From Nitrospirota bacterium (GTDB taxonomy: Bacteria > Nitrospirota > UBA9217): 35,240 nucleotides of DNA. The translations under genes were made by a program, and so were the position numbers. The notes beneath the pieces were generated by a model, which saw only the letters and a program-made list of their open reading frames with translations, did no database searches and was not told where the DNA came from. The stretch spans positions 1-35,240 of the forward strand of contig CAVUHW010000038.1 in NCBI GenBank assembly GCA_963741205.1. Reading direction: 5' to 3'. This document shows positions 1 to 11,857 of this stretch, one piece after another; position 1 is the stretch's first letter; every line of letters begins with the position of its first letter.

Positions 1-500
1 CGAGATACTGCTGCAGCGCGTCCGGCGTGACATGTTGAGTTTCAGGAAAATATGGTAGTCCGAGCAGGACGTGAGAATGCCCGTCTCCTTGAGCCCCATG
101 TCCTTCACGAGCTTGAAGTCCTTTTTGTTCGCCCATATTCCAGCCGGTGACCTCGGGAAACCGGTAGCCCCGCTCCATGCAGAGCCGCACCGCCTCGCGG
201 TCCTTTTCAGAATAGAGGAAAAATTCGGTCTGGCGGATCACGCCATCGGGTCCGCTCATCCGGTGCAGAAAGTCGAAGATGTCGGCGATCTGTCCGGGCG
301 TATAAGGCGGACGGGACTGCTGCCCGTCGCGAAACGTCGTGTCCGTGATCCAGATATCCTCGGGATGTCGGTCTGAATCAGCCGGTCCTCCAGCACCAGC
401 CGGGGCACGCTGGTATAGGGGAACATGTCCCGGTAGAGTTCCGGCTCTTTCACGTTCTTGAGCTCAAAGGGGATTTTGAGGTTTGTTTTTTGATGGTCAT
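1..500 (-). CDS. DRE-TIM metallolyase (LeuA/homocitrate synthase family), most like Re-citrate synthase; 5' part only, runs off the window edge, frameshifted
   Basis: GGAGG RBS then ATG at 500. Reconstructed across frames it reads ELYRDMFPYTSVPR...DIWITDTTFRDGQQSRPPY...MSGPDGVIRQTEFFLYS, carrying the DTTFRDG motif in the context typical of the Re-citrate synthase subfamily. Confidence 0.75.
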
Positions 501-514
501 GGAAACCTCCGGAA

Positions 515-612
515 TAAATGAATTGCAAAGTGAAATTGCAAATTTTCAAATTGCAACTTAAAGTGCAGTTAACAGTATTTCAATCTCGAAATTTCCAATC
601 TTACAATTCCAA
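515..612. repeat. Heptamer-periodic palindromic intergenic repeat (AAATTGC-type arm plus complementary arm)
   Basis: gaattgcaaagtgaaattgcaaattttcaaattgc ... tttcaatctcgaaatttccaatcttacaattcc. Shares aaatttccaatcttRcaatt with the 1291-1396 element. Confidence 0.65.
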
Positions 613-628
613 TGAACGTATAATTTCG

Positions 629-1276
629 TTACTCCCCTGATTCCCCGTATCGCGGCCGCATAGTCCTTGGCGCCGAAGACCGCTGAGCCAGCCACGAGGA
701 TGTCGGCGCCCGCCTTGATGACCGGCCGCGTTCGCGGGCTTTACGCCTCCGTCGACCTCGATCTCGGTCTTGAGCCCAAGGTCGTCGATCCGTTTTCGGA
801 GCCTCGCTATCTTGTCCAGCGCCGAGGGGATAAAGTTCTGGCCGCCGAAACCGGGGTTCACCGACATGATGAGCACATGTCGACTCGGCCAGGACATAGT
901 CCAGGCGTGAGCGGCGTGGCCGGGTTCAGCGACACCGCCGCCTTCACGCCCTGTGTGCTCCTGATGGACTGCACGAGCGGTGCAGGTGGACGCGGCCTCG
1001 ACGTGCACCGTATAAGTCGGCGCCGGCCTTCGCGAAGTCGGCGATGTACAGCTCCGGGTTCGTGATCATGAGGTGCACGTCGAGCGGCAGCTTGGTGCAC
1101 CTGCGCGCCGCCTCCACGATCAGCGGACCGATGGTGATGTTCGGCACGAAGTGCCCGTCCATCACGTCGACGTGGATGCAGTCGGCGCCCGCGGCCTCGA
1201 CGGCCCTGATCTCCTCGCCCAGCCGGGAGAAATCGGCCGAGAGGATCGAGGGAGCGACTTTGATTTTTTTCGTCAT
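629..1276 (-). CDS. rpe: Ribulose-phosphate 3-epimerase (frameshifted; 3' end approximate)
   Basis: [53 protein letters not shown] and ILVAGSAVF motifs across ORFs 944-1357, 858-1100 and 601-1008. Confidence 0.95.
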
Positions 1277-1290
1277 AATTTTCCTCATAA

Positions 1291-1396
1291 AAATCAAAAT
1301 TGAAAATTGAAGATTAGAAATTGGAAATTGAAAATTGAAAGCCTTAGTCCATAGCACATTTGCAATTTAAATTTCCAATCTTGCAATTTTCAATTG
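1291..1396. repeat. Heptamer-periodic palindromic intergenic repeat
   Basis: Six consecutive 7-mers from 1297 (aaattga aaattga agattag aaattgg aaattga aaattga), a spacer, then a complementary arm ttgcaatttaaatttccaatcttgcaattttcaatt. Confidence 0.75.
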
Positions 1397-1410
1397 CGCG
1401 CATGCTTCCT

Positions 1411-2128
1411 TCACTTGCTCACCACGATATCCACCGTCGCATCGGCGGAAACCGGATATCCCGCTGCCGGGTTTCTGGCTGATGACGGTCCGTTCCGCGC
1501 CCGGGGGCCTGTCGCCGGCTGCCTGCGTAACCACCCGGTGCTGCAAGGCCCATGCGGTCGACGATCCTCAGGGCCTCCTCGGCCTTTTTCCCGGTGAGCT
1601 TCGGCATGACGAAAGTTCGGGCTTTCCTGCCGCTGCTCACGAGCATGCTGATCGTCCCGCCCTTTTCGAGCTGGCTGCCGGCCTGCGGATACTGGGCGAT
1701 CACGATATCGCGTTCGACCGTGTCCGAGGAGACCCGCGAAATGTCGCCGGGCACGAACCCTGCCTGCCGTATCATGAGATCGGCCTTGCGGAAATTTTCT
1801 CCCACGAGCTTCGGCGACAGCAGCTCGCTCGGGCCCTGGCTCACGATGACCCGGACCTGCCGGCCTTTTTTGATCCCGCTCCCGGCGCCGGCGTCTGGGA
1901 GATCACGGTGTCCCGCGGCAAGGTGGGATGGGGCTCCCGCCGGTCGACCTTGAGCTGCAGGCCCTGCTGGGTTACCAGCTCGATCACGGACACGATGTCC
2001 TGGCCGGTGAGGTCCGGCACGCGGACCTCCTCCTGGCGGAGGAGCAGCGCAATGACCGCGAAGGCGCTCGCGATGCCGACACCCACCAGCGCGATGAAGA
2101 TGCCGAGGCCTTTCAAAAACCGCTTCAT
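1411..2128 (-). CDS. Membrane-anchored protein with three PASTA domains (frameshifted)
   Basis: N-terminal TM (GLGIFIALVGVGIASAFAVIALL), then repeats VRVPDLTG..VISQTPAPG, PKLVG..VIAQYPQAG..ISMLVSSG, VMPKLTG..VDIVVSK*. No kinase domain. Confidence 0.85.
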
Positions 2129-3560
2129 GTCAGAGCCCGTATTTTACCATAGTTAAAGGCATATGCAAGATGATAAGAGCAGAAGTCAGGGTCAGGAGCC
2201 GGAATCCAGGAGATGTTCTTCTGGATCCTGACCACTGACTCCTGTCTCCTGATCTTTACCAGCCTCACCCCGAAGAACCCGTCCATCTCCGGCGCCTCCG
2301 GATAGGTGTGGAAAAAACCCTTTCGTCCACCAGCGCGGCAGCCCGCTGAGGCAGATACGGCCTGGATCATCGACGGCAAATCCGCTCCGGGGCCCGCAAG
2401 AAAAGCGTCGACGACCTCTTCGTTTTCTTCAGGCTCCGTGGTACACGTCGCGTAAACAAGCGCGCCGCCGGGTCAAGAAGTCTCGCGCAGTTCTCGAGTA
2501 TCCGCCGCTGCAACCGAGCCCGTTCCCGGATCGTCTCCTCGCTCTTGTTCCAACTGCCGTCGGGATGCCGCCTGAGCACGCCGAGGCCGGAGCAGGGCGC
2601 GTCGATCAGTACCTGGTCGAAGCCCTCCTCCGCGTAATCGCCGCGTCGCCCTGTTTCGGTACGATGATGGTTATGCCCAGCCGCCCGCTGTTCTCGCTGA
2701 TCCGGGCGATCCGCGCCGGATCGCGCTCGAGCGCAACGATCTTTCCCCTGTCTCCATGAGCTCGGCAAGGTGCGTTGCCTTGCCGCCGGGCGCCGCGCAG
2801 GCATCCAGCACGCGCTCTCCCGGCTCGGGGGCAAGCATCAGGCCGATGAGCTGGGCAGCCTGGTCCTGCACCATGAACCGGCCCTCCCCGTAGCCCGGAA
2901 GAGCGCGGATGCCCGGCGACGAAAGATTTTGAGCCCCGCGGGCGAATAGACCGTCTCGATTGCGCTGCGCCCGCGCGTTCAAGGTCGGCTTTGAGCTCGT
3001 CCCGCGTGGTCTTGAGCGTGTTGGCCCGAAGCACGAGCGGCGCGGGCGCGTTGTTTCTCGCGCAGAAGCGTTTCCGCCGTTTCCGTTCCGAAGCGCCCGA
3101 TCCAGCGCCTCACCAGCCATTCGGGATGGGAATAGAGGACGGAGAGCCGGCGCGCTCGGATCTTCCGCCCCCGGATAGGCGACTCTGTCCCGCTTCCGGT
3201 CAAGGTTCCTGAGCAGGCCGTTCACGTAACCTGCTTTCTTCCCGTAAGCCTTGGCGAGTTCGACCGAAGTGTTCACCGCGGCGCTGGGGGGACCTTGTCC
3301 AGAAACAGCATCTGGTATGCGCCGAGCCGCAGGATGTTCCTGGTCCAGGCGTCGGTTTTTTCAACAGGCTGGGCGGAAAACCGGTCCAGGGCCCAGTCGA
3401 GGCGCAGCCGGTTCCTGAGCACCCCGTACACCAGTTCCAGCAGAAAGGCGCTGTCACGCGCGTCGAAGGACTGCCGCGCCTCTTCGAGAAGCGCGTCCGC
3501 AAAGACGCCGTCCTCGACTTTCCGGAGGATTTCGAGCGCTTTGTCCCGCGGCCTATCCAT
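2125..3560 (-). CDS. rsmB: 16S rRNA m5C967 methyltransferase RsmB/Sun (several frameshifts; 3' end uncertain)
   Basis: NusB-like N-terminus (ELVYGVLR, NILRLGAYQ, YVNGLLRN), YSHPEWLV, FMVQDQAAQ, VLDACAAPGGK, LIDAPCSGLG and DGFF motifs. Confidence 0.93.
2178..2255. repeat. Heptamer-periodic palindromic repeat (AGTCAGG / CCTGACT type)
   Basis: agtcagg..gtcagg agccgga atccagg, a short spacer, then tctggat cctgacc actgact cctgtct cctgatc. Confidence 0.6.
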
Positions 3561-4331
3561 CGGCGCCGCTGGATTTACCGCGGCCGTTCGCGAGGAATTC
3601 GAGGGCTTCGGCGACCTTGCTGATATCGACGCTCGTATTGAAGCACGGTCCGAAGGGACGGTCGTTCAGGATCCCGATGACGGGAAGCGGATAGGCGTCC
3701 TGGATGCCGCTCGTCAGGTCCCGCTCGCAGCCACGGCGATGATGGCCTGGGGCTTTGCCTCCGCCACCCTCCTGCGCGCGAGCGTACCGCCGGTTGCGAC
3801 CGAGAGGTGCACGTCATGTTTCTGCGCGAGCATCACCAGGTCCTTGATCTTGCATTTGCCGCAGGCCTGGCACTTGTACGCATCGGTCGTGATCTTGATG
3901 GCGCAGTCGTTGAACTGAAGACAGTGCGGCATGAGGAGCAGGATGCGGCTGGGCTTGATGTCCCTCATCTTCGCCTTGACCAGAAGATTATTCACTTCGA
4001 CAAAGGACTGCTGGACCTTTTCCTTGGAAATGCCGAGGAGCTTGCCCAGGACGATCATGATGGGGAAGAGGACCTCGATCACGATGCCCCGCAGCCGGGC
4101 GGCAAAAAAAATCTCCCTGCCGCGGATAAGGGTCAGGATGAGCAGCCCCACGCCGAGGATCAGGACGCTGAGGATCCCGCCCATGGTCAAGCACACGATC
4201 CTCGGCGCCAGGGGATGAATGTTCTTGAGCCCGATGTAGGGGATCAGGTAGAGCCCCACGGTTATCGCGGTAATGAGAAGGACCGTAAAGACGATGAGGC
4301 CGATGAAGATTCTTTTTTTGGGTTCAGACAT
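3553..4331 (-). CDS. DUF116 family membrane protein (frameshift near 3725)
   Basis: Two N-terminal TMs, LLMPHCLQ..C..C..CGKCKI, VATGGTLAR, and IIAVACERDLTSGIQD..LPVIGILNDRPFGPCFNT on reconstruction. Confidence 0.85.
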
Positions 4332-4342
4332 AGTTAATTAAC

Positions 4343-4480
4343 GAATTCCAAATCACAAATCGCAAGATTCCCAAATAAGCACCAAAACGTTAAAAACTAA
4401 TGTCCGAAGCACCGTTCCTCTTTGTAATTTTCGTCTTTGGTGTCTATTTGGGATTTGATGCTTCAGGATTTGGCTTGTGC
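4343..4480. repeat. Heptamer-periodic palindromic intergenic repeat (CCAAAT / ATTTGG type)
   Basis: ttccaaatcacaaatcgcaagattcccaaataagcaccaaa ... tttggtgtctatttgggatttgatgcttcaggatttgg. The arms are imperfectly complementary. Confidence 0.65.
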
Positions 4481-5398
4481 TTCGAACTTTTTCCCGCAAC
4501 CCCCCGGTGACCCCGCAGGAACTCGGCTGCGGTCATGGGTTTTTTCCCCTCGGGCTGGATGCTCAGGATGCGGAGCCGGCCGCTGCCGGCGCCGACAGTC
4601 AATTTGTTATCGTTCTCCTGATACAATTTCCCGGGCTCCCCGCTCCCGGCGGAGACCTCGGACTCGATGATCTTGATGATCTTGCCGTCCAGATTGCCGA
4701 AGGCGCCGGGCCAGGGAGAAAGCCCCCGGACGCGGTTATGGATTTCCTCGGCGGTGAGCTTCCAGTCGATGAGGCCGTCTTCCTTTTTGAGCAGCGGCGC
4801 CAGGGTCGCCTGCGCGCTGTCCTGCGTACCGGGACGAGCTTGCCTCGGCGATCAGCGGCATCGCCCTGGTGATGAGCCTTGCGCCGAGCGCCGACAGTTT
4901 CTCGGTCAGCGTTCCCGCCGTGTCCTTCGGGTCGATCGGGATGCTCTCCTTCATCAGGATCGCGCCGGTGTCCATGCCCTCGTCCATCTGCATGATGGTG
5001 ACGCCGGTCTCCCTGTCGCCCCGGATGATCGCCCAGTTGACGGGCGCGGCGCCGCGGTACGACGGCAAAAGCGACGCATGAATATTGATACAGCCGAATC
5101 TCGGCATGGCCAGGATATCTTTCGGGAGGATCTGTCCGTAGGCGGCCACGACGATGACCTCGGGGTCAAGACCGCGCAGCGTCGCGATGAACTCGGGGTC
5201 CCGCACGCGCCGCGGCTGGAACACCGGTATCCCCAGTTCCTGCGCCGCGATCTTGGCCGGCGGCGCGGCAAGGACGCGGCCCCTGCCCGCCGGCTTGTCT
5301 ATCCGCGTAACGACGCCCGCGATCTCGTGTCCCGCCGCTGCCAGCGCGCGAAGCGGCTGCACGGCAAACTGCGGCGTGCCCATGAAGACGAGTCTCAT
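4444..5398 (-). CDS. fmt: Methionyl-tRNA formyltransferase (frameshifted; 3' end approximate)
   Basis: MRLVFMGTPQFA, VVAAYGQILP, INIHASLLPSYRGAAP, MDEGMDTG, C-terminal IQPEGKKPMTAAEFLRG. Adjacent to def. Confidence 0.96.
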
Positions 5399-5400
5399 AA

Positions 5401-5535
5401 GAAATTCCAAATCCCATGCACTAATTCTCAATAAGCTCCAATGACCGAAATCCGAATCGTCAAGCAGTTTCGCCCAGGATTGATTGGCAATTGGAGTTTG
5501 TTGAGAATTTGCTATTTGGAGATTGGAAATTGCCG
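5401..5535. repeat. Heptamer-periodic palindromic intergenic repeat
   Basis: gaaattccaaatccc..aattctcaataagctccaatgaccgaaatcc ... ggattgattggcaattggagtttgttgagaatttgctatttggagattggaaatt. aattctcaa pairs with ttgagaatt and ctccaat with attggag. Confidence 0.7.
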
Positions 5536-5542
5536 TTCTCTT

Positions 5543-6061
5543 CTAGGCTTTCTCGACCGCTATCTTCCTGTATCTTCGCTTGAAGATGCTTTTCTTGAGA
5601 GGGCTTAAGCGGTCCACGAACAACAGGCCGTTCAGATGATCGATTTCGTGCTGGAGCGCTTTTGCCAGGAGGCCTTCGGCCTCGAGCTCGAAGGTTTTGC
5701 CCGTCCGGTCCTGGGCCCGCACTTTGACCTTTGCGGCGCGCTTCACCTTCTCGGCAAAATCGGGAATGCTGAGGCAACCCTCTTCCTCGACGGCGGCCCC
5801 TTCCGGAGGAGATGATTTCCGGATTGATGATCACGAGAAGGGGATGACGGTCCTCGGCGTCCTCCCGCGCGCTCAGGTCGATCACCGCCAGCTGGAGCGA
5901 AACCCCCACCTGGTTCGCGGCAAGACCGACGCCGGGCGCGGCATGCATGGTTTCGACCATGTCCTGGATCAGGCCGTCCAGGGACTTGTCGATTTTTCCA
6001 CACGGGCCGTTTTGTTCCGGAGCACCGGGTCCGGGTAAACTCTTATCGTTCGAATTGCCAT
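5543..6061 (-). CDS. def: Peptide deformylase (frameshifted)
   Basis: [32 protein letters not shown] and QHEIDHLNG motifs. Confidence 0.96.
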
Positions 6062-6068
6062 AAGGGAC

Positions 6069-6097
6069 TTTTTAACATGATTGCCTTTTAAAATCAA
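6069..6097 (-). promoter_or_regulatory. Putative sigma70 promoter of def (probably leaderless)
   Basis: Minus strand TTGATT-17 bp-(TGT)TAAAAA, 7 nt before the ATG. No SD. Confidence 0.4.
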
Positions 6098-6114
6098 GGC
6101 GAATTCTGGAGATA

Positions 6115-6237
6115 CCTGTACGAACCTTCACTTCGCGTAAGCGAGCGAATACGATAGTGATTCTAAACCTTAAGAATCGAGCTCCCGATCCTCCGGGGGA
6201 GCTCAATTCGGGGGCCGGGCAACGGCTCCCACGCAGG
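6115..6237. other. Multi-hairpin structured intergenic element, unidentified
   Basis: Four adjacent stem-loops (6127-6149, 6159-6178, 6179-6204, 6210-6230) enclosed by cctgt/gcagg. Confidence 0.4.
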
Positions 6238-6258
6238 GGGAGGGTGGAGACGATGATG

Positions 6259-6288
6259 TTGACACCCCGGCGAGCTTTATGGTATTTT
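6259..6288 (+). promoter_or_regulatory. Putative sigma70 promoter of the TPR gene (probably leaderless)
   Basis: TTGACA-18 bp-TGnTATTTT, 6 nt before ATG 6295. No SD. Confidence 0.5.
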
Positions 6289-6294
6289 AAGCTC

Positions 6295-9200
6295 ATGGCA
6301 ATCGACAAAAATTCAGTAATGAACGAAGCCCGGAAATTTGCCGCCAAGGGCCAGTATGACAAGGCGATTGCCGAGTGGAAGAAACTTCTCAGTGAAACGC
6401 CGAACGACGCCAATCTCTACAATACCATCGGCGATCTGTGCATCAAAAAAAACTCCAGGGCGGAGGCGGTGGATGCCTACAAGCGCGCGGCCGACATCCT
6501 CGCTGAGGACGGCTTTACCTCCAAGGCCATAGCCCTCTACAAAAAAGTCCTCAACATCGACATCAAAAGGGTCGAAGTCCACCTCGCCCTCGGCGACATG
6601 CATGCCGAGAAGGGCCTCACCGGCAACGCCCTCGCAAACTACAAATACGTCGCCGATCTCTATAATAAGGAAAACAATATCGCCAAGGCCCTCGGCATCT
6701 ACCAGAAGATGGCGGATCTCAACCCCGACAATGTCGCCTTCAGGATCAAACTCGCCGACATGTACGCAAAGGAAGGCATGAAAGCCGAGGCCGCCAAGGC
6801 GTATCTCGCCGCCGCGGACGTGCACCTGTCGAAGGAAGAGCTCAAGGAAGCCCGCCAGCTGTTCGAAAAGGTCCTCGCGATCGATCCGGACAACAAGGCC
6901 GTTTATCACAAGGCCGGCATCGTTTATCTGAAAGAAGGAAAGTTCGGCGAGGCGTGCAAGGCCCTGAAGCCGGCCTTCGAAAACGACCCGGCCAACCGTG
7001 AGCTTTCCGATACCTATCTTGAAGCGCTCACGAGGGCCGGCAAGGACAGCGATGCGGAGCATGTGATCATGAAGATCCTGGCCGCTGACCCCGGCAGGAC
7101 CGATCTGCACGAAAAATTGTACCCTATCTACATCGCGAAGAGTGAATTCGAAAAGGCACTCGACACGGCCTCGGCCCTCGCCCGCGCCCGCATCGAATCG
7201 AACGACCATGGCGGCGCCGAGGAAATCCTCAAGAGATTCGTCGCCGACAGCCCGCGCTTTATCCCGGGCAGGCGGGCGCTGGCCGAACTGTACGTTTCGC
7301 TGAAGCGGGGCGGGGACGCCGCCGAAACGTTCCTGCAGGCGGCGAAAATCCTCGCGGAGGAAGGGAACGTCGAAAGGGCCAAGGCGTCGCTCAACAGCGC
7401 GCTCAGAGATCGTCCCCGATTTTCAGGAAGCAAGAGACCTGCTCGACCAGATCACGTCTCCTCCCCCTGCGCCTGCGCCGCCGGAACCGGAGAACTCAAT
7501 AGAGGAAACCGCCCCGCCGGACTTTTCGGCCGAGCCGGAGCCGGCAGTCGAAGAGCCCACTCCAACTGCTTTCGAAATGCCGGCCGAGAAATTACCTCCG
7601 GCCGCTCCCCGGGAAGAACCGGTTGCCGAAGTCCAGGCAGTCGGGATGAATATGATGATCCCGCCATAGCCGAAGCGATGACCGAAGCAGATGTCCTCGT
7701 GAAATACGGCCTGTCTACAAAAGCGATCGAACAGCTCGAGGGCTTGGCGTTAAGGTTCCCCGAAAGCATGCAGATCCGCGTCAAGCTGCGCGATCTTTAC
7801 GGTGATCAGGGGCAAATGCGCAAGGCAACGGCGCATATGCTCGTCATGGCGGACCTTTATCATAAGCGCGGCATGAAGGACCAGGCGGAAGAGGTCTTGC
7901 GTTACGCTCTTGAGATCGATCCCTCCAATAACGAGATCAGCTCCCGGCTCGGAATCGCCGGGCCTACCGTCGTGCCTCCTGAACCGGCCCCGACCCCGTT
8001 CGAAGACTTTTCTTCTCCGGAGGACGTGACTGAACAAATCGCCGCTGCGGCAGTAGAAACCGCGCCGACGTTGGAAGAGCCGCGACCCGTTATCGAGCCG
8101 GCCCCGACCGACGCAATCGTAATCGAAGGACTCGATGCCGGATTGCCTCACCGGGAAGAGGAATTTCCCTTCCCCGCCGCGTGCCCGCCTGCAGATGAAA
8201 TGCCTGCGACTTCTACGCACGAGCCCGACACCCTGTCTGACTCCGGCATCGATGCGACCGGCGGGAAACCGGAACCACGGGTCCCTCATGACGACATTCC
8301 TCCCTCGTTCGGATTAGACGCAACTCTGTTAGACGAAACATCGACCGATCTTGACTTTTCTTCCGTCGAGGAAGGAACGAACTCATCGCCCGAGGAGACG
8401 CCCGCTGATCGGACGTCCGACATGCGACCTGCCATGGCCGAGTCCGCGCCGGATGTCGAAGAAACGGCACAGCAAGTCGAGGAACGGCGTGATTCGCCGC
8501 CGATCGCCGAAGAACGGGTTGAACCAGAGGCCCCGGCGCCGGAATTGGCAGCCCCGAGCGACGTCGGTGAAATCTGGGCAGAGGCGGAGTTCTACTTCCA
8601 GCAGGGATTGTTCGATGAAGCCAAAAAGCACTATGCCAGGATCATCGGGCTGAACCCCGGCGAAAGCGAAGGCGATCGACCGGCTTGCGGAGATTTCCCG
8701 GGAAGAAGAGGACACCAGGGAATTTTCGAAGCTTGCCGAAGCCGTTGAAGGACTGGAGGACGCCCTCCCCCCGGAAAAGCTCTCTGAAGAGGAGATGCCG
8801 CTCAGCGCATCGGATGAGGAGGCCGTCCGCAGTCTCATGAAGGAGATCGCGCATGCTTAAGCAACCCCCGAAGAAACCGTCCCCCCGCAGCCGCGGAGAA
8901 GACATTCGAGCCCGCCCCCGCGAACGGCTGCTCCGCCGCCAGCAACCGGTCTCCCCTGCCTCTGCGCAGAAACTTTCCGACGACGCGGGGCCCGCACGAA
9001 GCCAGATGCAGAGGAAGACTATTTCGATCTGGGCGCGGAGCTGGCCGCGGAGAGCGACGCAAGCGCCCTCCGCAAAGCAGGGAAAAACAGTCAGATGACT
9101 TTTTCGATCTTGCCTCGGAGCTCAGGGACGAATTCAGCGTCGCGGCGCCAGCCCCTCGCGCAGCCCCTGCCGAGGAGCAGAGCCTCGATGAAATCTTTGA

Positions 9201-9738
9201 GGAATTCAAGCGCGGCGTCGAACAGCAGTCCGTCAAGGAGGACGCGGACACCCATTATAATCTCGGTGTTGCATACAGGGAAATGGGGCTCCTGGACGAT
9301 GCCATCGCGGAGTTCATCATGACGCCTGAGAACGAGCCGAAGTTCATTCAGAGCCGGTACATGCTCGGCCTCTGCTACATGGAAAAAGGAGAGTACCAGA
9401 ACGCGATCGGCGAGATTCAGAACGCCCTGGATTACTGCCGAGACGCTGGGAGAGGACGACCAGAACCTCATCGAGATGCACTACGATCTCGGGCTTGCCT
9501 ATCAGGGCGCGGGAAACATCTCCGGCGCCTGCAGAGAATTTCAAAAAGTCCAGAGCATGGACCCGCGGTACCGGGATATCGCGGATAAAGCTGAAGGAAC
9601 TGAAGCAGGGGGACTTATATCTCGCTCGACCAGCTCAAGGATGACATTGAAAAAGAGATCTCCGCAAAATTCCTTGAAGAGGGTGAACGGATCGAACGTG
9701 AGGAAAAAAACCGCAGAAATGAAAAAGTCAGAAACTAG
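6295..9738 (+). CDS. Large tetratricopeptide-repeat protein with acidic/Pro-rich linkers (SgmX/FimV-C-like architecture), several frameshifts
   Basis: N-terminal TPR array (GQYDKAIAEWKK, LYNTIGDL, HLALGDM), EADVLVKYGL..AIEQL, EAEFYFQQGLFDEA, and C-terminal SLDEIFEEFKRGV..DADTHYNLGVAYREMGLLDDAIAEF..HYDLGLAY. Stop at 9738. Confidence 0.85.
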
Positions 9739-9742
9739 ATTA

Positions 9743-9778
9743 TGCCTAAATTTTAGGCTTATGATTATTTATTAGGCA
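9743..9778. promoter_or_regulatory. Tandem 17-bp palindromic operator upstream of glnB-glnA (NtrC-like geometry)
   Basis: TGCCTAAATTTTAGGCT (9743-9759) and TGATTATTTATTAGGCA (9762-9778). Confidence 0.5.
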
Positions 9779-9831
9779 TTATCTCTCTCTTTTTCCGTTC
9801 ATAACCACCTGAAATTGCATGTCTTGCTACT

Positions 9832-9847
9832 TAGCATTAAAATTGCT
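9832..9847 (+). promoter_or_regulatory. Sigma54-like -24/-12 element with AG instead of GG
   Basis: TAGCATtaaaaTTGCT versus consensus TGGCAC-N5-TTGCW. Spacing is correct but one critical base mismatches. Confidence 0.35.
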
Positions 9848-9851
9848 TTAA

Positions 9852-10216
<365 letters not shown>

Positions 10217-10387
10217 AGAAAGGAACAAAACGCAAAGAGAAAGTGCCGAGAAACTGTCCAAGAACGAGGTACAAATGCGCTCAGAAAAAATCGGCAAATT
10301 AACGTCTCCGCAGGCTCGACAAGCGAAAGCTATGACATTCAGAAAGCCATGACGGCTATTATACGAATTCCAGAACAGGAGGATACA

Positions 10388-11801
<1,414 letters not shown>

Positions 11802-11820
11802 ACGAATACGACGCGAATCG

Positions 11821-11857
11821 ACCGGGACCTTTCATCAAAGGGTCCCGGTTTTTTTTC
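11821..11857 (+). terminator. Rho-independent terminator of glnA
   Basis: accgggacctt-loop-aagggtcccggt followed by a T-tract. Confidence 0.9.

Noticed and set aside
515-5535. Intergenic repeats as a CRISPR array
   Set aside because: No constant 23-47-bp repeats with unique spacers and no cas genes.
6157-6294. N-terminal extension of the TPR ORF from GTG 6157
   Set aside because: It reads through the hairpin element and promoter and has no TPR character. ATG 6295 fits better.
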